A stretch of DNA of 64,000 bases from Tubulanus polymorphus (lineage: Eukaryota > Animalia > Nemertea), in assembly GCF_964204645.1 (NCBI RefSeq), contig NC_134036.1:7850812-7914811 (forward strand), written 5' to 3'. Positions 54,121-64,000 of this stretch are shown here, piece after piece. The stretch's first letter is position 1; each line of letters begins with the position of its first letter. Both the position numbers and the translations under genes were made by a program. The notes below the pieces were generated by a model. It was not told the DNA's origin, did no database searches, and saw only the letters and a program-made list of their open reading frames with translations.

Positions 54121-54136
54121 TTATATAACTAAAAAA

Positions 54137-54571
54137 TTAATAATTTATTAATTCTTTTAATAATTTATCTTGTTCTTCAACTGTTATATGACCATTTAAA
54201 CTTATTATATAATCTAGTGTGTTCTTTAATTTATTAATTTCTTTTATATTAGTTTTAATTTTTTCTTTATTACTTTTTATATTTAATTTTGAACTTATAC
54301 CAGTTAAAACACTTGAACTTAATCCTAACACACCAATTGATATAGCTAAAGGTGTTAATGGACTGAATATTGCTAGAAATGTTATTACAGAACTAATTGT
54401 AACCGAACCACTTATAATCAAATAATATATAATTTTACTTTTTAAATATTTTTTCTTTTTTATCTTTAAGTCACTTTCAAATTCTAATATTTGTTTTTCG
54501 AAATATGTTTTTAATTTAGTTTTATTTATATCATGAGGAATAATATCAATACTATCAACTTTATCTTCCAT
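54137..54571 (-). CDS. Two-TM membrane protein (144 aa)
   Basis: Hydrophobic hairpin IIYYLIISGSVTISSVITFLAIF...LAISIGVLGLSSSVL flanked by coiled coils; TAAATG start. Confidence 0.7.
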   Translation of the reverse strand: MEDKVDSIDIIPHDINKTKLKTYFEKQILEFESDLKIKKKKYLKSKIIYYLIISGSVTISSVITFLAIFSPLTPLAISIGVLGLSSSVLTGISSKLNIKSNKEKIKTNIKEINKLKNTLDYIISLNGHITVEEQDKLLKELINY

Positions 54572-54590
54572 TTATTTAGAATAAAAATTA

Positions 54591-54961
54591 CTAATTAGTA
54601 AACTTATAAGCAACAAATATAACAATAACAGTTCCACCTAAAATCCAAATTATTTCATATTTCTGTTGTTCTTTACTCGGGGTATAATAATCTGATAATT
54701 TAGGTTTGTATAGATGTAATTTTTCTTTATTTGTTACTGCGTTATATAAACTCATTGCATCATCAACTGATTGAAAATCTCTATGTGAAATCTTCTGATC
54801 ATATAATTCTTTATTGATGTAATCCATATAGTTTTGTCTCTTTTCTCTATATTCTTCTGCAGCTTTATTGTATTTCTCTAACGCTAAGTTATGTCTTCTT
54901 TGTTCTCCTAATGAACTATTTTTATTGCCGATCCTATAATAGTTATAATTGCAGAAGCCAT
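54591..54961 (-). pseudogene. Small coiled-coil/C-terminal TM protein, frameshifted near the 5' end
   Basis: TAAATG start at 54961 (MASAIITIIGSAI) is out of frame with the downstream EQRRHNLALEK...DYINKEL...IWILGGTVIVIFVAY reading frame. Confidence 0.6.
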
Positions 54962-54985
54962 TTATTTAACAAAAAAATTATGTAT

Positions 54986-55207
54986 TTATATGGGAGGAAT
55001 ATATTTTTGTTTTTCCAAGTAATCAATAGTTAAATTAGATAAAGTAACTGCTAATGTTAATTTTAAAATATCATTTATATCAAATCTATCAACATTAACA
55101 CTTCCCATTTTGAATACTTTTTTTAATACCATTGAATAACCAACAGTTCCAACTGATAGTAATGCGCCATTATATAATCCAGTTATTATCCACTTATTAT
55201 CACTCAT
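54986..55207 (-). CDS. Small hydrophobic protein (73 aa)
   Basis: Two hydrophobic segments; start abuts the upstream stop (TAA-ATG); homolog fragment at 1112-1189. Confidence 0.7.
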   Translation of the reverse strand: MSDNKWIITGLYNGALLSVGTVGYSMVLKKVFKMGSVNVDRFDINDILKLTLAVTLSNLTIDYLEKQKYIPPI

Positions 55208-55567
55208 TTATTTATCAAAAAAATTACTATCATCAAAATATTTAGTTAACTTATTTATGATTAATTCAACATTTATTTCATTACTAGTTTTATGATTATC
55301 ATATATTTCGGTTAATATGTTTTTAATATCATCGATGATAAAATCTTCATCTAATTCATAAAATCTTAAAGATTCTCTAATTAAATTAGTAATCTTTTCT
55401 ACATTTAAAATTTCTTTATCTATTGTTGTTTCATACTCAAATGTTGTTTCATTAGAAAATGTAATATTTTTGATATGTGTTATTACATCATTAATGTTAA
55501 ATTTCATTTCTTTCTCACGTTTAAAATCAAATCCAAAACATATACTCGGTCCAACAGTTATATTCAT
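55208..55567 (-). CDS. Polinton hypothetical protein (119 aa)
   Basis: Intact ORF, TAAATG start, homolog at ~1190-1550. Confidence 0.7.
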   Translation of the reverse strand: MNITVGPSICFGFDFKREKEMKFNINDVITHIKNITFSNETTFEYETTIDKEILNVEKITNLIRESLRFYELDEDFIIDDIKNILTEIYDNHKTSNEINVELIINKLTKYFDDSNFFDK

Positions 55568-55583
55568 TTATAAAGGTGAAAAA

Positions 55584-56342
55584 TTACTCTTTACATCTTA
55601 TAACTAATTCATAAATTACAGGAAAGTTATTCAAATCAATTAAATAACCATTATGATTTCTTATTTCTAATTTAAAATTATTGAAATGTGGAATACAAGG
55701 TTTGAAATCACATTCGGTTAAATTATAATTTATTTGCGTTCCAAATTGTTTGACATTTTTTAATGGTAAAATATTTAATAAACCAGAATTACAAATTGTA
55801 TCTTTAGTTGCTTCAAATGTTTTTGTAGGATCGATTAAATTGCAATAAATATAAAAGTGTGTAAAAGGTATTATATTTGAGTTACCTTCTGCGTATGCTG
55901 TAACGGTATCTGGTGCAATTCCTAACAGTTTAGCTAAAGGTTTTCTTATTGTAAATTTAAATTGTTCGTCATTAGCTAACCTAATCTTTATTTTATTAGA
56001 ACTAGCACTTTTTAAAATTCTAATACTAAATCCGGAATCACTTCCTAATTTAGCTCGAGCTTTTCTATTAATTTCTTGTGTTAATGTATCTAAATTATAT
56101 AATCCTGGTTTTAAATATATAAAAAACCATTTATTCCTTTTTTTGTAAAAGATTGAAAAAATTAAATGTTCTAGACTTTTATCCGATATATTATAAAAAG
56201 AATTACATAAACTTATATTAACTAATTTTAAATCTACACAATTCTTGAATTCTCTATCTAATTGTACTAGTAAATTATGAGATTTATAATTTGTAAGTTT
56301 TCTAGAATCAACAAATATTCTGTATTCTTTTAATTCTACCAT
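55584..56342 (-). CDS. Probable minor capsid (penton, single jelly-roll) protein
   Basis: 252 aa; FYIYCNLI...LLNILP and C-terminal KLEIRNHNGYLIDLNN pattern typical of Polinton minor capsid proteins; homologous copies at 1567-2320 and 30616-31050. Confidence 0.65.
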   Translation of the reverse strand: MVELKEYRIFVDSRKLTNYKSHNLLVQLDREFKNCVDLKLVNISLCNSFYNISDKSLEHLIFSIFYKKRNKWFFIYLKPGLYNLDTLTQEINRKARAKLGSDSGFSIRILKSASSNKIKIRLANDEQFKFTIRKPLAKLLGIAPDTVTAYAEGNSNIIPFTHFYIYCNLIDPTKTFEATKDTICNSGLLNILPLKNVKQFGTQINYNLTECDFKPCIPHFNNFKLEIRNHNGYLIDLNNFPVIYELVIRCKE

Positions 56343-56410
56343 TATTTATAACATAAAAAAATTACCGCTCATCACTAAAAATTAATTTTAATAAAATTTT
56401 TCCTTAATAA

Positions 56411-57274
56411 ATGGATGAGAAGATAGCATGCGAAATTTGTGGTGAACTTCTAAGAAAAAGTAATAAGGCTCGACATATGAAAAAACATGATGAAAATTAT
56501 AAACCCCCTAAAATAAACTGTCCAAAATGTAATAAATTATTCTCAAGAAATTATGTTAAAAAACATTCAGAGAAGTGTAGAATTAATGGTGCAACGGCTA
56601 ATGTTGATAGTAATTCTGCTGAAGTTGAACCTGAAGTTATTTGGAAAAGACCTTTCTTATTCTAGGATAATATAAAAGATCATTTCTGTGAGCCTTGTCA
56701 AGTAAAATATAACCCTGAAAATATAGAAGATTGGGAGAATCATCAATTTCGTAAAGCACATATAGATAAAATTTCTAATAAATTTGAAACTGAATTCAAT
56801 GAAAGAAAAAATAATTTATTAGAAAAAATAAAATATGAGAAAACGTTACCAGATAATGAAGAAACAGTTGAAAAGTTAGAAAAACAATATAATGAATTAA
56901 CAAGAAAAACATATTATTGTAAATATTGTAAATTGATTATTACAACAAGTAATTCAAATCTACATAATAGAACAATAAAACATAAAGAAAACGTAAGAAA
57001 ATACCAAGAGCTTAATGAAGATCTATTACCAATAAATTATAAACGAAAATGCCCACAATGTAGTTATGCGACCTTAAGACAAGAAGGTACTGTGTTATTT
57101 TGTGTTGAATGTGGATGGCAAAAGAATTTATGGGGTGAAGAAAAAACTAGAGATTTTCTCATAGAACCAAAATTAAATTATCTAGATGAAATTTTTAAAA
57201 TATTTTCTATAGAAGATCATACACCAGAATATATGCAATATAAGCCAATAGTGATTTCGAGTTTGATGATATAG
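56411..57274 (+). pseudogene. Multi-zinc-finger protein with one in-frame TAG (56663-56665)
   Basis: The 84-aa and 113-aa ORFs join in frame through an open 89-codon stretch (FCEPCQ...H...H, YCKYCK...H...H); also CEIC...H...H, CPKC and a C-terminal CPQC...CVEC ribbon; TAAATG start. Confidence 0.75.
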
Positions 57275-57281
57275 ATCCATT

Positions 57282-60200
57282 TTAATAACCATAAGGTAAT
57301 GTTTTTATACCATCATCTGAAATATGCCTTTTATCATCAAATGGATTTAAACTAGTTTTTTCAACTTCATTAATGTACATCTCATGATCTTCTGATCTTA
57401 AACAATTCATCTTGTGTTTCATTACAATTGATTTATATAAACACTTTATATAATCTTGAAATTCTATATGTTTATCAACCACATGTTTTGTTATTCCTTT
57501 TAACTTTTTAGCTTCATGATCTTTTGTTCTATAACTATACATTTTACTTCTTATCCCAACAAATTCAATCATTTCATCACCTCCTAATTCATCTTTAAAT
57601 TTACCAGGAATCTTTTTATTATCATTGCTAAATAGTTCATGATCTTTAGGATAATTGCTAAAATCAAAATAATGTTTTAATGTTTTTAAGTCTTTTGTTA
57701 TATCATTTGTCTTGATTTTTAGTATGTACGCATCCGTATTTTTTTGGATTAATGGGAACCCAGAATTGAATGTTCCATCATCTGTTGATAAATCATAAAC
57801 ATAGTCAGTAGGGTTATATATTTCAAATAAATCTTTAATTTCTTCTATTAATTCTTTTTCTACATGCCTTAAATTAAAACAATTTGGTTTAGATTTAATT
57901 AATTCTATATTCATATTAAATCCTAATGAACTACATAACACATTTAACCCACTTATTGCACATTTTCCTTTCTGTGCAAAGGTTATCGTTTTATCCCTTA
58001 TAAATTTTTTAGTACCATCGGCTGCGTAGAACCCAATGAAGAACCATTTTCTAAGATTATATTCTGAATTTAATATATAATCTGGTACTATTTTTTCTTT
58101 AGTTGAAGTATTACTTTTCACTATTGCATGAATATAGAATTCATCATTATATTTTATAGCAAAATCTTTAGGATTATTTACAAGTATTCTATAAACTGCT
58201 GATGATTTCATAACATCCATGATTTTAAAAGTTTTATGTGAATAAACTTCTTCACAGAATTTCTTAATTCTTTCTAATAATTTTAAGTCTTGATTGCATA
58301 AATACCAACAATATTTATTACCCCAAACATATTTATACACACCTGCTGAACCATCACCCATGAAAAATCCTTTGATAAAATATTCTTTTTCTTCTAATGT
58401 TTCAGGTTCTATATTATAAATATTATCAATTATTTCATCAAATGACATATGATTCATTCTTGGGAAAAATCTTTTATGTAATAATTCATCTCCAATTTTT
58501 ATATCGGTTGGTTTTATTTCATCACCATTTCGTTTAATTATACTGTGGTCTTCAGTAACATCTACAAACCCTAATTTAGTTCTAACTCTATAGATTTTCT
58601 TATTTGTTTTATGCCTAATAATATTCTTTAATTTTTTCCATCCATTTCTTGTCCAAACATCCATTAATCCATTTATTTGTATTAATTCTTTTTCACCATA
58701 TGAAATATAACATTCATTTTGTTTTGGAATTATTTCTGAAATTCTTCTTACTAATATTTTATTATTACATTTTAATAATATTGGGGTGTCGGCCGTTACA
58801 GAATCGAAGTACAGAATTTCTATATGTTTTTCCCCAAACAATGGTTGTAATACATTGTAATAAAAATCATACATTAATAATTTTGATATTTCTAAAACTG
58901 TTGAACCAATGAAAATGGGTTTATTAAATTTCATTGACGTTCTTTTTAATTTTACTGCTGTTAAATAATCTTCAAATCTTTTATTTCCTAAATGTCTAGG
59001 ACTTGATTGTAGGTGTCTCAATCGTTCAGAATTATTTACTAATTCAATATCATTTCTATTTCTAATATTTTCACATGTTTTACCATAAAAACTATTGTTC
59101 ATTAATTTGAAGAAATCTTTTTCAAAATCTGTTTTTGATATGGTTCTCTGTTGAGTATTGAAATCTATATATTTTTCTAACCACTTCGATTGATTAAATT
59201 CAATATATCTATGTACTTTCTTTAATTTCATTCCTTGTTTTAGATAAAATTTTAACATTCTATAATGAACAATATAATTGTATTTATTATTTTGAGTAAG
59301 TATTAATTTTTCTGTAAAAACATGATCTTTCGGTTTTATTTTCTTCTGGTATTCACTTAAATAACTATCATCTACAGTTAAATGTTCTGGGCAATAAGGT
59401 AAGTTTCTTGTTTTAAACTTTATATTTTCAGGATATTCTAAATCAACTACAAAGAAATAACCAATTGGTGCTTCATCTTCTAAACTCATAATTGCGATTT
59501 CGCAATTAGTTTTATCATCATTTTCAACTTCTATTAATATAAAATTTTTATATGGTTGAGGTTGCATCATTGCCCAACCATATAAATTATTGGCATCAAT
59601 ATATAATAATTTATATTCATCATTTGCTTTAAAATACCTATCTCCCATAACACCACTAATTCCACCTCTAATTGATTTTTCAAATAATAAAACCATATCT
59701 GGTTCTTTTAATAAATCTAATTCTACATTTGTATATTTTAAACCACATTGCCAGGTTAAACCAGGACTAGAATAACAATAACAAGGATCAACATTAAAAT
59801 GATTCAAATTAACTTCTCTAAATTTTTCAAATATGTCAGCCAATATCATAACATCTGATTTTAAATATAAATCAACTAATTCGCCATGATTTTTCATCTT
59901 AAAATGGTTCTAAATATTTAATGTTCTATTAAACACTTCGTCTTTCACATACTCCTCTTTTAATTTATTATAAAATTGATCTTTTAATAATTCTGTTACA
60001 TTAAAATCATTATGTGTTTTATAAAATGAATAAGGAATTGCGCCTTTATATCTCAATAATTTAAAATCTTGTTCATTTGGATAATAATATCGAGTTATAA
60101 CAAAATCATTATCAACTAAACTTTTTGATAAATTATCTAATGAACTTGCTAGAAATCTATAAGAATCTAAAAATCTAATGCAACCAAATTGAAATGAAAT

Positions 60201-62345
60201 ATAATTTTCAGATGTTTTAGCTAATAGTTTAAAATCATATTTTCTTACATTTACACCATTCATAGCATTATATTCTTCTATTTCTTGATTAATTGCACCC
60301 AATTTTCCCGATAATTGTTTTATAAATAGATGGGTATCATATCCTGATAAATTATGAAATAATATTGGTACGAAATTTACTTTTTTAGCTTGTAAATTAC
60401 AATCTTCATGAGCAGCTCCACGATATTTTGAATTTAAATGATTATGATCTCTAACTCTTTTATCAAATGAATAAAAACGTTTTTCACAATAACAACAATG
60501 AGTTGCATAATTAAAATCAATTTCATCTTCTTTTGTCATAACTATTCTTTTATTTTTGTTTAATAATTTTACAAAATCACTTTCTAATTCAATCATTTTA
60601 TCACAAAAATCATTAACTACATTTTCACCTCTAAAAGAAATATATTGACTTTCATATAATTCGGGATAATTTGATTTTATATAAATTCCATAAGCAGCAG
60701 CTCTTTGATGAACTTTTTTAATTGTATTTATAATTGGTGGGTCTTGTATTGTGTCTTCATTTAATTCATTTCCTTTATCCATTGATTTTAATAATTGCTT
60801 TTTGTTATATATTTCTTTTCTATCTTGATCAGTTAATTCTTTATTCAACGATTCAAAATCCCCATAAATTACAAATGGAACAATATTCTTAAATTTATGA
60901 TTAGTAAATTTCAATTTATAATCTTTTTCTGTTGGCATTATTAATTTACAAAAATCTTTATTATCACATAATTCTTTATGTTTTAATAATGTATTCTCAG
61001 TCATAAATTTAGATAAACATTTTCTACATAGATAAATTTTACGATGATGATCACTTTCCGTTCTAAAGAATAAATCAATTTGTTTTAACCACATATAATG
61101 TTCATTTTCATCTTTTTTATAATATAACAAATCTATAGCATTTTCATCATCATAATATTCTGTTAAATATAAAGCTTCCAATGTATAATCTTTAATATTT
61201 TCACCTTTTGTCTTTGGTAATTGCATTAATTCGAATACATTTATTTTTAAATTATTAACTTTTTCTATTTTAGGAATCATTTTTATAGTTACTGGATATT
61301 GATCAATTTTATATAATGTTTCATATTTCCGATAATCTGTTATTCTACAAACATTTTCCTGTGTTGGATGTAAGCAACTAATAATTGACCATAGAAAACA
61401 TTTATTATCTTCATTTTGAACATTTATTACTGCTTTTGTTGTAAATGGTAATTTAATATAAGATGATGCTTTAATATCCTTTTCTGTTGTAAAGTTTGAA
61501 TCATTTTTAAACATTTTATTACTTTTTGATGTTTTATTCCTTTTTGTATTATAAACATTTAAATCTAAATATATAATTTCATTCAATGTTAAGCCAGAAC
61601 CCTCAAAATATCTTTCTTCAATATGACGTTTAAATTCATTTAATATTTTTTCTAACTTCTCTTTTATTTGTGTTTTTGAAATTATTTCTTCAGAGAGTGT
61701 TTGAATATTATAATTCATTTTTTCTTCTGACTTTATAAAACTTACTTTCCCAGAGATACTAATTTTTGGATATTCAACATCTGTTATCAAATCTAGTATT
61801 ATTTCTATTATTTCATTAAATTTACTATAATCTTCTATTGTTGTACCTTTAAAAAATCTAAATATAATAGCTGCAGGACCAATTTTACTATGTAATGTTT
61901 CTAAGATTTCAATTGTATCTTTTATTTCTGGTGAATCAATATAATTTCTAACATTTTCCATGTAAGGTTTATTTGAAATGGATTTAGTTTTTGAAGTTGA
62001 TTCTTTTACTTGTTGAGGTTTATCATCAAAATAATCTATTCCTAAAACATTATTTCTCAAATTTTGATGGTGTTTTTCTGTTTCGAGATGTCTATTATAA
62101 TTCCTTTTTGTTATAAATTCATCACAAACTTCACATTTTATTTCATTCACATTCATATTTTCTAATCGTTCTTTTCTTTCATTGGAATTTTCTGGAGTTT
62201 CAAAATCTATTACATTTTTTATATGATTTGCAGTTTTTTCATGTCGTGTTTTATTAGATGTATCGATGTATTTTTTACAATATTGACAATAATATTGATT
62301 TTTATTGACATTATTGTTTTCTAGTTGGTGTTCATTCTCCCCCAT
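57282..62345 (-). pseudogene. polB: Protein-primed family B DNA polymerase (pPolB), intein-containing, one in-frame TAG at 59910-59912
   Basis: The 811-aa and 871-aa ORFs are in the same frame, separated by TAG where sister copies encode W (NIWNHF). Motifs: N-terminal Zn fingers, ExoI VIYGDFES, endonuclease-VII-like insert VRDHNHLNSKYRGAAHEDCNL, ExoII FHNLSGYD, ExoIII YLKSD, PolA YIDANNLYGWAM, PolB KLMNNSFYGK, PolC YFD/TD. Confidence 0.95.
57738..58802 (-). mobile_element. Intein (355 aa) with dodecapeptide (LAGLIDADG) homing endonuclease in pPolB motif C
   Basis: In-frame insert between YFD and TDAY, absent from sister copies. Block A SVTADTPILL, block B VDVTEDHS, LAGLIDADG-like FIKGFFMGDGS and FFIGFYAADGT, block F YVYDLST, block G LIQKN followed by +1 Thr. 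Confidence 0.93.
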
Positions 62346-62453
62346 TTATTAGGAAAAAAAATTACTTGTGGTGATGAGTGTTAGGAAAAAAATTACTTGT
62401 GGTGATGAGTGGTGTCTCGTCCTCTGGCCTGAAAGCCACATATTCTAATTACT
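62341..62453 (-). repeat. Right TIR of element A (113 bp)
   Basis: Reverse complement of the left TIR; includes the pPolB start codon. Confidence 0.95.
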
Positions 62454-64000
62454 GATGTACATGTAAATTACAATGTATGATACCGAAAGACCAAACACGA
62501 TTGCTTTAATATTCACAATATTTGACGAAATGAATGAGTGAAGTCACTTATGAATATCTTTTGGCTGATATATAAGATGTATATTAGTCGGTTATTATAT
62601 TAACGATTTTTTAAGTATGTAAAAGCAAGGTTAATTCAATATTTTATGTAATATGTGAAAATTTTCTGAAGTTTGAAATTTTTCGAATGTAGATATTTCC
62701 GGGCCTCATATCACTATTGATTAACTAACAATCAAGAAATAGATCGGTCAATTTACTAATTACGGCAACTAATCGCTTTGATATTAGCAAACATTCGATA
62801 TCTTGTAATGTTTGATGAGAAATTCTTCCGGTGTAGCTATTTCAGGGCCCTATAAACAAGTAGGCTGGTTTTACTTGTAAAAGTATGTCAATATATAAAC
62901 CTTACCGTCGGTGTATAGGTTTTTTGACGCCTTATAAAAAGATTACCATATGAAACCTAAACAATGTTAACCATTCAGCGTCATTTTACAAACGACAGCC
63001 GTAAATCGATGTACAAAACATCACAGGTCTATGTGCACACATACAAGCTATTTGGCAAAATATTATTGACTAAGATGTAGAATGGCTTCCTGTGATTATG
63101 TAATGACCTCTATTTGAACGTAGAAATGTTATAATGCATTGAATATCATTAGAAGACGTATTGTAATAGTAAAGGATGTAATATCAGAAGCGGCAGGCAT
63201 AAATAGAAATGATAAGTAAATCGGATCATTCGGTTGAATGGCGGATGTATACACGATTAGGAAGTCTGATATAAAAATCAGACCCTGACATGGGGATGCT
63301 GGTGGAATGACGAAGCTATCTCCAATCTGTGTAGGGCCAGCGCGAATTTCATCAGCGCGACATACGGTCCATATAAAAATGTGTAAATATATAATTTCAA
63401 TATTCAAATGTTTTAGAAAATATGTTCGATATTAGGGTTATGCGGGTTTCATGAGATTAGCAATGTAAACTAGCATAGCTGTCATATACGGCTCCGCATC
63501 CTCTGATGGCATGTGTATTAGGTGATAATTCAATTCAATTCTTTATTGATCCTTATTATATTGAAATTCCGGGATAAAATTCCCAAATTCAATAAAGTTA
63601 CACATTTTAAAATAAGAAAATACAACATACAAGACACACGGGTAATTCATACGGAATAACATAAACAATTTATTTTAGATGACAATGTCTACTTCAACCC
63701 AGAATCAAGATAGGATATCGGGTGACAGCCAAACCGGACCCGCGGGACCGGGCCGGCTGGCTAGGCCACACGATATGCTTGAAGTCATGGTGAAGCAGAC
63801 ATCAGAAGAGGTATTTCATCAACCATGGAGGCAATGAAGTTGCATTGCCAATTTTCAATAAAAAAAATTAAACCACTAATCAGTACAGTCGAAGACCTGT
63901 ATCATCATTCTACCCAATCGCCAAATCTCATAATTGCCCAAATTTCTTAAAACTTCGATTTCAAATTTGCAATTCCACATTAGATTATACCAGAAATTCT

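Larger units (their letters stand above)
46542..62453 (-). mobile_element. Full-length Polinton/Maverick (adintovirus-like) element A, 15.9 kb
   Basis: TIRs beginning AGTAATTAGAATATGTGGCTTTCAGGCC at 46542 and its reverse complement ending at 62453; identical 6-bp flanks GATGTA (46536-46541 and 62454-62459); encodes pPolB, RVE integrase, packaging ATPase and capsid-like proteins; intronless and very AT-rich. Confidence 0.96.

Noticed and set aside
56663-59912. Two in-frame TAG codons suggesting stop-codon reassignment or readthrough
   Set aside because: The same element has an in-frame TAA and several frameshifts, TAG also ends genes normally, and sister copies have TGG at the pPolB site; ordinary decay is simpler

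Overview
AT-rich eukaryotic (invertebrate-like) genomic DNA with spliceosomal introns, dominated by four related Polinton/Maverick (adintovirus-like) integrated DNA-virus elements. Element A (46542-62453, 15.9 kb) is full length: AGT...ACT terminal inverted repeats, a perfect 6-bp target-site duplication (GATGTA), protein-primed PolB, RVE-chromodomain integrase, packaging ATPase, major and minor capsid genes and several small membrane proteins, with only a handful of point disablements. Its pPolB carries a 355-aa intein with a LAGLIDADG homing endonuclease inserted in polymerase motif C (YFD|TD). Two decayed sister copies in the same window (B ~38.3-46.0 kb, C ~25.8-31.05 kb) have the empty site. 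Fifteen of 16 genes of element A start in a TAAATG context, mostly after a T-run, resembling poxvirus-type late promoters, and copy B carries a giant-virus-type HNH gene. Together these suggest, as inference, an animal Polinton-like virus that exchanges genes with, and may depend on, a large DNA virus. The host background holds a 3-exon secreted WSC-domain gene, a GPCR pseudogene, KDZ/Zisupton-like, THAP, Gypsy and LINE remnants, a ~182-bp satellite and MITE-like fold-backs. All family calls rest on motif recognition by eye; no database searches were run.
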